A DNA stretch of 55,440 nt. Source: Clostridia bacterium (lineage in GTDB: Bacteria; Bacillota; Clostridia; Christensenellales; UBA1242). Of the stretch, positions 1 through 7,996 are shown piece by piece. The stretch's first letter is position 1. Each line of letters starts with the position of its first letter. The translations under genes and the position numbers were made by a program. The stretch lies in contig JAGBFI010000037.1 of NCBI GenBank assembly GCA_017936585.1, positions 1-55,440 on the forward strand, given 5' to 3'. The notes beneath the pieces were generated by a model. That model was given only the letters and a program-made list of their open reading frames with translations, did no database searches and was not told the DNA's origin.

Positions 1-23
1 AAAGAAGAGGCTGGAGGATTGCC

Positions 24-278
24 ATGGTGAAAAAAGAAATTGCTTTGAGTATAAAGCAAAAGATGAATTTAGAAATGAAATCGATTATGGAACTTTTGGA
101 TAAGATGTGCTTCTTAAATTTTTCAGATGAAGAAAAAGTGAAGCAGATTGAATACATCCGTTCCTGCCGCTTGAGATATCTTGAGTTGGAAAAGCAGCTT
201 ATTATGGAGAAACAGGCAGCAGGCATGAAGATAGGAAATTATCTTCATATATCTAAAAATAAATATTCAAATTATTGA
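24..278 (+). CDS. Hypothetical protein (element-encoded)
   Basis: 84-aa ORF with GGAGG RBS; no recognisable motif. Confidence 0.65.
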   Translation: MVKKEIALSIKQKMNLEMKSIMELLDKMCFLNFSDEEKVKQIEYIRSCRLRYLELEKQLIMEKQAAGMKIGNYLHISKNKYSNY

Positions 279-286
279 GGTGAAAA

Positions 287-751
287 ATGAGTGAAAGAAT
301 TTATGAAGATTATATAAAAAATGGTTGTTGTCCAGCAGGCTTTAATGAGGCGTGTAAATCTTATGTGTTTGGACAATCAGTGGTTGATGTGTTGTTGGAT
401 AAAATTGCGGATTTAAAAGCAAAGATTGCAGAGAAAGATAAAGAAATTAAAGAAATTAAAATTGATTTGGGAATGTATAAATCTGTTAATCAATTTTTAA
501 ATGAATATGGATTTGAAAAAGCAAAGAAAGTTTTACTTTCTATTGAAAAACAAAAGACAAAAGACGAAAACTTGGCTGCAATAGCTGAGTTGCATAGACT
601 GAAAGGTTTTTGTGATAGGTGGAAAAGGTCAGATGGTTCTTTTGATTATGTAATAGTTCAACATACTGCAGGAAATAGATTGTTTCCAACTTTATATGGT
701 TTTATCGACCAAATAATCAATCAGTTGGAGGTAGAAAATGGTCGGTTATGA
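287..751 (+). CDS. Hypothetical phage-type coiled-coil protein
   Basis: GAGGTG RBS; heptad segment IADLKAKIAEKDKEIKEIK. Confidence 0.7.
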   Translation: MSERIYEDYIKNGCCPAGFNEACKSYVFGQSVVDVLLDKIADLKAKIAEKDKEIKEIKIDLGMYKSVNQFLNEYGFEKAKKVLLSIEKQKTKDENLAAIAELHRLKGFCDRWKRSDGSFDYVIVQHTAGNRLFPTLYGFIDQIINQLEVENGRL

Positions 752-1052
752 TTGGTTTTTAACGTTTAATTCTAAAAAGAGTTGTTGTGATTTTGAGCCT
801 TATATTTCTTCTTTTAAGGATTTGGAATACGCTATTTTTGTAAAGCATAGCGCTAAAATAGAAGGAAGGGAGCATTTTCATTTGTTACTTGTGTTTTCTA
901 AAAGAAAAAGTTTTGATGTGATAAAAAAATATTTTCCTTTTTCAGAAATACATCGTATAGAAAATTCCGTGATTCCGTTCAGGAATTATTGTTTGAAGCG
1001 ATTTTGTTGTATTGATGGTCCGTGTGAGATTGGAAAATTTTTGGATGAGTGA
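738..1052 (+). CDS. Stand-alone HUH (rolling-circle Rep-like) endonuclease domain
   Basis: Motif I WFLTFN, motif II EHFHLLL, motif III NYCLK and trailing GPCEIG, in the order and spacing of CRESS/pCRESS Rep nuclease domains; GGAGG RBS. Confidence 0.7.
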   Translation: MVGYDWFLTFNSKKSCCDFEPYISSFKDLEYAIFVKHSAKIEGREHFHLLLVFSKRKSFDVIKKYFPFSEIHRIENSVIPFRNYCLKRFCCIDGPCEIGKFLDE

Positions 1053-1060
1053 GGTGTGTC

Positions 1061-1615
1061 TTGAGTCTTAATATTGGTTATCTTTCTTGTGGCAGGACGG
1101 ATGCTTCTGATGAGGTTTATACTCCGTTTTATGCTGTAGAACCTATTTTAGAGTTTATTCCTAAAGATAAAAAGATATGGTGTCCTTTTGATGAGGAATG
1201 GTCTGCTTTTGTTCAATTGTTAAAAGAGAGAGGTTTTGATGTGATAAATTCTAATTTGACTGGTGGATATGATTTCTTTGAGTATGAGCCTAAAGAGTGG
1301 GATATTATAGTAACTAATCCTCCGTTTAGCAAAAAAGACAAGGTATTGAAAAGAGTTTATGAATTAGAAAAACCTTTTGCTTTGTTGCTCCCTATACAAA
1401 CTCTTCAATCTAAAGAAAGATTTAAATATCTTTCTCGTGGATGTGAGATACTTTGTTTTGATAAAAGAATTGATTATCACACAAATGGAAATATGGAAAT
1501 ATACACAACAGGTAATCACTTCGCAAGTGCATATTTTTGTAGAGGAATACTTCCTGCTCCATTGGTTTTTCGTAAATTAAATAAATATAATAGAACTTTA
1601 TTGGAGGTGAAATAA
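1061..1615 (+). CDS. Phage-type DNA N6-adenine methyltransferase
   Basis: DEVYTP, IWCPFD, DFF, IVTNPPFS motifs; TTG start at 1061 preferred because GAGGTG lies at 1051. Confidence 0.85.
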   Translation: MSLNIGYLSCGRTDASDEVYTPFYAVEPILEFIPKDKKIWCPFDEEWSAFVQLLKERGFDVINSNLTGGYDFFEYEPKEWDIIVTNPPFSKKDKVLKRVYELEKPFALLLPIQTLQSKERFKYLSRGCEILCFDKRIDYHTNGNMEIYTTGNHFASAYFCRGILPAPLVFRKLNKYNRTLLEVK

Positions 1616-1782
1616 TGGTTAGTTCATATCGTAAAACATTTTTTGTTTGTGAGTGTGATTTGTGTGGTTTAACTCTTGTTATTGAAAAATCTTCTAAGGT
1701 TTACAATAGGGCTCAAGCTGCACGTTCTTTTGGTTTTTCATATGGTAGAAATAGAAAGTGTTATTGTAAATATTGTAGGTAA
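1615..1782 (+). CDS. Small Zn-finger protein, 55 aa (not in ORF track)
   Basis: MVSSYRKTFFVCECDLCG...CYCKYCR; ATG overlaps the upstream TAA; GGAGGTG RBS; two CxxC pairs. Confidence 0.7.
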   Translation: MVSSYRKTFFVCECDLCGLTLVIEKSSKVYNRAQAARSFGFSYGRNRKCYCKYCR

Positions 1783-1822
1783 ATGGTTAAGAAGTTAAAC
1801 GTTTGACTACTGCTCCAGAACC

Positions 1823-1844
1823 TGTAGTTTTTCGAAAAACTACA
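1823..1844. repeat. Perfect 22-bp palindrome TGTAGTTTTTCGAAAAACTACA
   Basis: Self-complementary when read directly. Confidence 0.9.
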
Positions 1845-1847
1845 TAT

Positions 1848-1877
1848 AAAAAAACTAGGTTTTAAGCCTAGTTTTTT
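1848..1877. terminator. Bidirectional intrinsic terminator
   Basis: A7-CTAGG-loop-CCTAG-T6 between the convergent element genes and tRNA. Confidence 0.7.
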
Positions 1878-1936
1878 ATTGTTATTAGTCCAAACGTTCC
1901 ATTCCAAAATATGAAGTGTTCGGATGTTGTTGATTT

Positions 1937-2013
1937 TGGTGGTGATAGGTGGGATCGAACCACCGACCTTATGGGTATGAACCATACGCTCTAACCAGCT
2001 GAGCTACATCACC
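1937..2013 (-). tRNA. tRNA-Met(CAT), elongator type
   Basis: Reverse complement GGTGATGTAGCTCAGCTGGTTAGAGCGTATGGTTCATACCCATAAGGTCGGTGGTTCGATCCCACCTATCACCACCA; resembles Firmicute elongator Met more than Ile2 or fMet. Confidence 0.93.
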
Positions 2014-2124
2014 ATGTGATAAAGATAATATCACAAAAAAAAAGTAAAAGTCAACGAATATTGGCAATTTTATTTGCTTTTAACAAAAAAAATGATTATA
2101 CTTTTCATATAAGGAGACAAAGAA

Positions 2125-2547
2125 ATGATTGAAGAGCAAATCAAAAAAGCAAACATTCAAGCGATGAAAGATAAGGATACTGTTGCAAGAGCCTTTTACA
2201 GTGTTTTGATGAACAAAATTATGTTGGAGAAGATTGCAAGACGCGAAAGTGGAAAGGAACTTGTTGATGCAGACATTTCAAACATCATTCAAAAAGTGAT
2301 CAAAGAGCTCAATGACGAGAAAGAAAACTATGTCAAAGTTGGAAACACTGCCCAAGTTGAAGTTATTGAAAGACAAATTGGAATTGCATCTGCATATTTG
2401 CCAAAGCAACTTTCGAAAGAAGAAATCAAGGCAATTATTGTTGCGCTTGAAGACAAGTCAATTCCAACAGTTATGAAACATTTTAAAGCAAACTACAATG
2501 GGCAAGTTGACATGAGACTTGTTCAAGAAGTTTTGAAGGAAATTTGA
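2125..2547 (+). CDS. yqeY: GatB/YqeY domain protein
   Basis: AMKDKD N-terminus, YLPKQLS motif, size 140 aa. Confidence 0.88.
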   Translation: MIEEQIKKANIQAMKDKDTVARAFYSVLMNKIMLEKIARRESGKELVDADISNIIQKVIKELNDEKENYVKVGNTAQVEVIERQIGIASAYLPKQLSKEEIKAIIVALEDKSIPTVMKHFKANYNGQVDMRLVQEVLKEI

Positions 2548-3239
2548 TGAAGGTTTTTGCTGTAAGTGATTTACATCTTTCGGTCAACAACCCAAAGCCA
2601 ATGGACATTTTTGGCCCTGCTTGGGATGGCTATGTTGACAAGATTTTTGCCGACTGGCAGGAGAAGGTGTCGGAAGACGACCTTGTTTTGCTTGCCGGTG
2701 ATTTTTCATGGGCAATGAAGCTTGAAGATACAAAATCTGATTTTGACATGCTGAAAAATCTGCCGGGAAAGAAGGTTATCATTCGTGGAAATCACGACTA
2801 TTGGTGGAACAGCATAACAGCGGTGCGTGGAATTTTGCCTGAAAAATTTTATGCCATTCAAAATGATGCCATAAAGTTTGAGGATGTGATTGTGTGCGGA
2901 ACGCGACTGTGGGTGCTTCCGGACGGAAAACCAATGACCGCGGAGAATGAAAAAATTTACAAGCGAGAACTCATTCGTCTTGAGCTGACTCTTCAAAATG
3001 CGCAAAAACTTCAAACAGAAAATGAGACAATCATTTGTATGCTGCACTATCCGCCTTACACATTCAAAGAAGAGGACAATGAGGTGACAGCACTTTTGGA
3101 AAAATACGGTGTCAAAAAAGTTGTTTATGGACACCTGCACGCCAACCGCAAGCAAAGTTTGTTTCTTGAAAAAAATGGAATTGAATATTATCTCACCTCT
3201 TGCGACATCGTTGAAAACCGACTTATTGAAATTCTTTAG
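2544..3239 (+). CDS. Calcineurin-like metallophosphoesterase
   Basis: SDLH, AGD, GNHD, HYPP, YGHLH motifs. Confidence 0.92.
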   Translation: MMKVFAVSDLHLSVNNPKPMDIFGPAWDGYVDKIFADWQEKVSEDDLVLLAGDFSWAMKLEDTKSDFDMLKNLPGKKVIIRGNHDYWWNSITAVRGILPEKFYAIQNDAIKFEDVIVCGTRLWVLPDGKPMTAENEKIYKRELIRLELTLQNAQKLQTENETIICMLHYPPYTFKEEDNEVTALLEKYGVKKVVYGHLHANRKQSLFLEKNGIEYYLTSCDIVENRLIEIL

Positions 3240-3353
3240 GCGACTTTGCTTAAAGAGTTTTTGTTTTTTTATTGACTTTTGTGGCAATAATAGTGTAAAC
3301 TATAAAAGAACTTTCACTGAAAAGTCTTTTTTCGGTGATTACTTGGAGATTAT

Positions 3354-4790
3354 ATGAAAAAATGGGCTAAAATTTTGTGTTGCCTCGCACTCTTCGCTTG
3401 CGTTTTGGCTGGCTGCGGAACTGTTGGCAACATCAACAACACGGAAAAAGAAATCATTTACAACGGAAATGCTGCCGTTTTGGTTGGAAATCACCTTTAT
3501 TATGGAAATAGTCATGTGGACACAGATTTTGAAAATGAAGAGGCATATCGCACAAGCGCTGGGAGTTCATATCTTGCAAGACTGGACACAAGCAAAAACA
3601 TGACAGGCATCAATGCAGACCTTTCACCAAAGCATGTTGAAAATGTTGCAAGCGAAGTGACAGGACACGACAAATCATTCATGTTTGTTCTTGGGCAAAA
3701 CATTTACTATGCAACACCAAACATCCACAAGGGTGAGGATGCAGAAGGAAATGTCAGCAACAACTTCTCATTCACAACAATCTACAAAAGTGCTTTGAAT
3801 GGTGATGGCAAGAAAGAACTTTACACAACAACAGCAGATGTGACACAAATTGAAACATTGAAATTCGATGGAAAATATTACATTGTCATTCTTGCAGGCG
3901 AAAAACTTGTGAAAATTGACCTCTCTTCAGACAAAGCAACAGAACTTGCAACAGGCGTAAAGAGTGCAGCAATGCCCGAGACATATGAAAAAAGCAAAGT
4001 TGGAAGCACTTTGGACTGGAACGGATATGTTTACTACACAACAGCCAAGAGCGATGAAAATTCAGCTCTTTCAGGCTATAATGTGAACCGTGTTGCCATC
4101 AACACTGAAAAAGCGGAAGCTGTTTACACAGCAGGCGGCACAAAAACAATCACATTCCTTGACAGGGAAAGAGACGTGCTTGTTTATTCAATTGGAAGCG
4201 AAGTTTATGTTTCAACAAAATCAAACAACAAAAACGATTTCATCAACTCACAACATTTGCTTCAAGCAACATCATCAATTTCAGGATTCAACCTTGTGAC
4301 TTCAGTTTCAACTGAGCAAGATGGAGCAAAGAAAGAAACAATCCACGGATATGTCTTCACAAGTGGTTCAGCACTCAACTATGTGACAAGCAATTTTGCA
4401 AGAGAAGGAGCAATCACTTTCAAAGATGCAGCCGGAACAGCAATCACAGGCTATACAACAGTGCTTGTTTCAGGAAGAACGGTTTATCTTGCAACAACAT
4501 CTGCAATCTATAAAGCAGACATCTCAAGCGTGTTCATCACTTCAAGTGAAACAGTGACTTGTCAAACAATTGTCACAATGACAACAATCGACACAGGAGC
4601 ATTTGCTTTTGACGGAGATTATGTTTATTACTACGCAGGACTTGAAACACTCGAATCTGAAGGTGGAGAAACAACAGAAGTTGAAGATGATTCACTCTAT
4701 CTTTACAGAGCCAAAATTTCAAGTTCGCAAAATGCCAAAGCATATCAGCTTTTGAGTGCGGCTCAAGATTCAGACAGAAAAAACAAATAA
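3354..4790 (+). CDS. Lipoprotein, probable beta-propeller (DUF5050-like)
   Basis: Signal peptide with LAGC lipobox; repeated [LIV]YY beta-strand units. Confidence 0.7.
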   Translation: MKKWAKILCCLALFACVLAGCGTVGNINNTEKEIIYNGNAAVLVGNHLYYGNSHVDTDFENEEAYRTSAGSSYLARLDTSKNMTGINADLSPKHVENVASEVTGHDKSFMFVLGQNIYYATPNIHKGEDAEGNVSNNFSFTTIYKSALNGDGKKELYTTTADVTQIETLKFDGKYYIVILAGEKLVKIDLSSDKATELATGVKSAAMPETYEKSKVGSTLDWNGYVYYTTAKSDENSALSGYNVNRVAINTEKAEAVYTAGGTKTITFLDRERDVLVYSIGSEVYVSTKSNNKNDFINSQHLLQATSSISGFNLVTSVSTEQDGAKKETIHGYVFTSGSALNYVTSNFAREGAITFKDAAGTAITGYTTVLVSGRTVYLATTSAIYKADISSVFITSSETVTCQTIVTMTTIDTGAFAFDGDYVYYYAGLETLESEGGETTEVEDDSLYLYRAKISSSQNAKAYQLLSAAQDSDRKNK

Positions 4791-4814
4791 GAGGCAACAA
4801 CCTCTTATTTTTTT
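4785..4814 (+). terminator. Intrinsic terminator
   Basis: AAATAAGAGG-loop-CCTCTTATTT plus T run. Confidence 0.75.
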
Positions 4815-4935
4815 GTCTTTGAAAATGTGCGATAATTTCAAACTTTTCCATTTATTTCATTGAAATTTTGAAAATATCTTTGTAAAGTTTGATTTTTCTA
4901 ACATTTTCCGTGACATTTTTTCTGATTTGACCATT

Positions 4936-4942
4936 TTCGACA
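4936..4942 (-). promoter_or_regulatory. 0A box (TGTCGAA) upstream of spo0A
   Basis: TTCGACA on + strand, exact consensus, in the spo0A promoter region. Confidence 0.55.
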
Positions 4943-5056
4943 CTTTAGTGCCGTTCGCGACAAAAACGCCCTTTTTTCTATTTCTCGCTATGTGAATATT
5001 TATGTTATCTTAATCATGTTTTGCAGAGCAAATTAAAAATAAGGAGATTTATTGTT

Positions 5057-5806
5057 ATGGAAAAGATTAAAGAAACAAAATTACCAAAGATTTACATTGC
5101 TGACGCAACAGAGGATAACCTTTTGATTGATTATTTCAAAAACAACTCAAATTTTGATTTCATTGGGGCGAGTTTCGATGGCGAGCAGGTTGTGGAAGCG
5201 GTGAAAAAAGAAAAACCTGATGTGCTTGTGATGGAGGTTATGCTTTCAAGTTTGGACGGCTTTGCGGTTATGGAAAAATTAAGAGATTTGAAAGAAGAGA
5301 TGCCAAAGGTGTTTTTCGTTTCAAATCTCTCACACAGCGGATTTGTGACAAAAGCAATTCAAATGGGGGCAAGTTATTTCATGGTGAAGCCGGTTTCTCC
5401 TGAAAACTTGGAAAATCGCATTTATGAGGTGTTCAACAACGGGCGTCATAACAGCGAAAGCAAGCAACTTGACGAAAAAATTTCAAATATTTTCATCAGC
5501 ATTGGTATTCCGGCGCATATAAAAGGATATCAGTTCCTTCGCGAAGCGGTCAAACTTGCCGTTGAGGAACCAGAAATCATCGGTTCAATCACAAAGAAAC
5601 TTTATCCAACCATTGCAGAGCGTTTTGAAACAAGCTCAAGCAAGGTGGAGAGAGGAATGCGTCATGCCATCGAAGTTGCTTGGAACAGAGGTAAAATCGA
5701 GAACATAAACAACATTTTTGGGCTGAAGATTTACAATCGCAACGAAAAACCAACAAATGGAGAACTTATTGCACTCATCGCTGACAAAATGATTATGGAC
5801 GGCTGA
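5057..5806 (+). CDS. spo0A: Sporulation master regulator Spo0A (atypical receiver domain)
   Basis: C-terminal IGIPAHIKGYQFLREAV...LYP...VERGMRHAIEVAW...KPTNGELIA; AAGGAG RBS before ATG 5057. Confidence 0.93.
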   Translation: MEKIKETKLPKIYIADATEDNLLIDYFKNNSNFDFIGASFDGEQVVEAVKKEKPDVLVMEVMLSSLDGFAVMEKLRDLKEEMPKVFFVSNLSHSGFVTKAIQMGASYFMVKPVSPENLENRIYEVFNNGRHNSESKQLDEKISNIFISIGIPAHIKGYQFLREAVKLAVEEPEIIGSITKKLYPTIAERFETSSSKVERGMRHAIEVAWNRGKIENINNIFGLKIYNRNEKPTNGELIALIADKMIMDG

Positions 5807-5983
5807 TTTGGAGCTTAAATTGGCTGCCATGTGGATATGAGAAGTGGTAAAAAATCTGAAAAATCGCAAGTTTTTTCTCCAAAAACAGCCTCAAAACTGC
5901 CAAAAAAGTAAAAAAAATTGATATTAGGTATTGAATTACGTTTTTTGTTGTGTTATAATAATCACATCTTAGGGGGTATTTCT

Positions 5984-7534
5984 ATGTCTAGAACTTTCTC
6001 AAAAATTATGGTTGTCTGTGCAATGGTCATTCTTTTGCCACTTATGGTTGTTTGCACAGCGTTCGCCGCATACAACGCAATTGACGCGATTGTAAATGTG
6101 AAGACAATCGTTGATGTAAAGTCAGTTGACCAAAGCGTTTATGCAAGCGTGATGTATGATGGTGAATCAAATGAAACATTCACAATCAAAAAAGGTCACA
6201 CACAAAAAGCAGAAATTAAAGCACACTATTCAAAGGCTGCTTATGAATTCCTCGGTTGGTTTGTTGGTGACGAAAAAAAATATGAAAGTGCAAAAGCAAA
6301 CAACACAGTTGAGCTCAACAATGCAGAAACACTTTCATTCAACATGACTGACGCTGAAAATTATTTGGCAGTTTATGAAATCGTGAAATATGACGTTTCG
6401 TATGACTATCCAGAAGACCCTGAAGTTGACATTGACGACGTTTTCTCAACAACAGCTCCAGAGGGCGGAAAATATCAATATAACTACGGCGAAGCTCTTC
6501 CAACGCTCACAACAACAAATCCAGAATATTATTTTGCTGGCTGGGTTGTGAACGGCGCAAGATACACAACAGCAACATTCGCACAAGCTGACACATATGT
6601 TTTGGCTCACCCATGGCTTGAAGTTGAAAAGGTGGCAATCACATTCAAAGCAGGCGACACAGTTCTCAAGACTGAAGATGTGATCAAAGATCAAACATAT
6701 GTTCTTCCAACAGTTGAAGACCTTATTGCAGGAACCTCTGTTGAAAACTCATACAAAGTCGCAGGCTACACATACAGCTGGGCAATCAACGGTGCAACAG
6801 TGACACAAATAAACCCAACAGCAGCATGCACAGTTGAAATCAAAGCAACTCCAATTCAATACACAGCAACACTCAAATATGACGCATCTCTTCTTGCAGA
6901 AGGTCAAGTCGTTGAGGCTGTGACATTCACGGTTGAAGATTATGACGGATTTGACGCTTGGTTCAACCTTGACTTGAAATATTCATTCACATCGATTAAA
7001 GGGTTTAACTTTAAAAACGGAACAACAGACAAAACTGTTCTTGCTTATGGAACAGGTGCAAGCTTGGCAGAATTTGTTGCAGAAGATTTCCCAACAACAT
7101 CTGCATCAGTTGAAATTGAAATGCTTATCAACAGTGATTACTCATCACTCAAGGTGACAGGAACAACATCATTCAAAGCTGGAAGCGGCAGCATCTTCAA
7201 CAAAGATGTATACAAACTTGTTGATGTCAATGGCGTTGAAGATTATGAAGTTGTTGAAGGATTGGACGGAGCTCAAAAACTTGGGACTCAAACAATCAAA
7301 GAACTTCTTGATGTTGAAGGAACAACCCTTGCAGCATCAAACGGAGATGGAACATACACAGAAGTTAAACTTGTTGCATTGATTGTAAACGGGCACGAAC
7401 TTTCAGTTCCAGTTGACGGAAGAGAAAATGTTTACGATTTGATTGAAGCGCTTTTGGCAAATGGCAAGACAAGTGCGGTTGACGGAGAGGTGTTCACAAT
7501 CAACTCACTTCAAGCTTGTTTTGAAACAATCTAA
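5984..7534 (+). CDS. Membrane-anchored/secreted surface protein with InlB B-repeat-like units
   Basis: N-terminal hydrophobic helix; YEFLGW, YYFAGW, GYTYSW motifs; acidic, Thr-rich. Confidence 0.65.
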   Translation: MSRTFSKIMVVCAMVILLPLMVVCTAFAAYNAIDAIVNVKTIVDVKSVDQSVYASVMYDGESNETFTIKKGHTQKAEIKAHYSKAAYEFLGWFVGDEKKYESAKANNTVELNNAETLSFNMTDAENYLAVYEIVKYDVSYDYPEDPEVDIDDVFSTTAPEGGKYQYNYGEALPTLTTTNPEYYFAGWVVNGARYTTATFAQADTYVLAHPWLEVEKVAITFKAGDTVLKTEDVIKDQTYVLPTVEDLIAGTSVENSYKVAGYTYSWAINGATVTQINPTAACTVEIKATPIQYTATLKYDASLLAEGQVVEAVTFTVEDYDGFDAWFNLDLKYSFTSIKGFNFKNGTTDKTVLAYGTGASLAEFVAEDFPTTSASVEIEMLINSDYSSLKVTGTTSFKAGSGSIFNKDVYKLVDVNGVEDYEVVEGLDGAQKLGTQTIKELLDVEGTTLAASNGDGTYTEVKLVALIVNGHELSVPVDGRENVYDLIEALLANGKTSAVDGEVFTINSLQACFETI

Positions 7535-7563
7535 AAAAAAATTGAAAAACTTTTGAAAAAAAG

Positions 7564-7600
7564 TTGACACAGTCTCTCTAAGTGTGTTAAACTTAGAGAG
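7564..7600 (+). promoter_or_regulatory. SigA promoter of tRNA-Val overlapped by a 10-bp inverted repeat
   Basis: TTGACA 7564-7569, TAAACT 7588-7593; CTCTCTAAGT/ACTTAGAGAG. Confidence 0.65.
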
Positions 7601-7605
7601 CAATT

Positions 7606-7681
7606 GGGAGTTTAGCTCAGTTGGTAGAGTACCTGCCTTACAAGCAGAGGGTCATAGGTTCGAGCCCTATAACTCCCACCA
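7606..7681 (+). tRNA. tRNA-Val(TAC)
   Basis: GGGAGTTTAGCTCAG...CTGCCTTACAAGCAG...GGTTCGAGCCC...CTCCCACCA. Confidence 0.95.
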
Positions 7682-7950
7682 AAAGAAAAAAGAACAGTAT
7701 TAGAACTGTTTTTTTTTCGAAGAGAAGGGGATATAATCTAGGATGTGAGTTCGAACGGCATGCAGACACCCGCGCCTATGCAGTATAAGGACCACCAGAA
7801 CGAAGAAAAACGGTTTAAATGACCGTTTTTTTATTTGGAATGTAGAGTGTGTTATTGAAGGGGTTGAATGGCCTTCTTATTCTACTTCGCCGTATAACGA
7901 CCACAAAAACGAAGAAGGGAATGGTTTTGAGACAGTTCTCTTTTTTTATT
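7666..7950 (+). repeat. Degenerate tRNA-3'-end plus terminator units (tRNA end and two copies, ~110-116 bp period)
   Basis: TATAA-NNN-CCAC(C/A)A at 7668, 7784 and 7893, each followed by an A-rich stretch, hairpin and T run. Confidence 0.55.
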
Positions 7951-7996
7951 TTCCAATCATTTGGCGACTGGCGAATTTTGTGATACAATATGAAAT

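Larger units (their letters stand above)
1..1936 (+). mobile_element. Right end of an integrated prophage/plasmid-like element inserted at the tRNA-Met 3' end (continues left of the window)
   Basis: Tightly overlapping short ORFs with GGAGG(TG) RBSs, T-rich coding strand unlike the host genes, phage-type MTase, HUH domain; ends next to the CCA end of a minus-strand tRNA. No integrase in the window. Confidence 0.75.

Noticed and set aside
1761-1985. 74-aa minus-strand ORF
   Set aside because: Overlaps tRNA-Met and the terminator; shadow ORF
2706-3287. 193-aa minus-strand ORF, representative of many antisense ORFs in the track
   Set aside because: Antisense to well-supported genes, no RBS or motif
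7682-7950. Possible CRISPR array
   Set aside because: Repeats are too degenerate and tRNA/terminator-derived, and no cas genes are present
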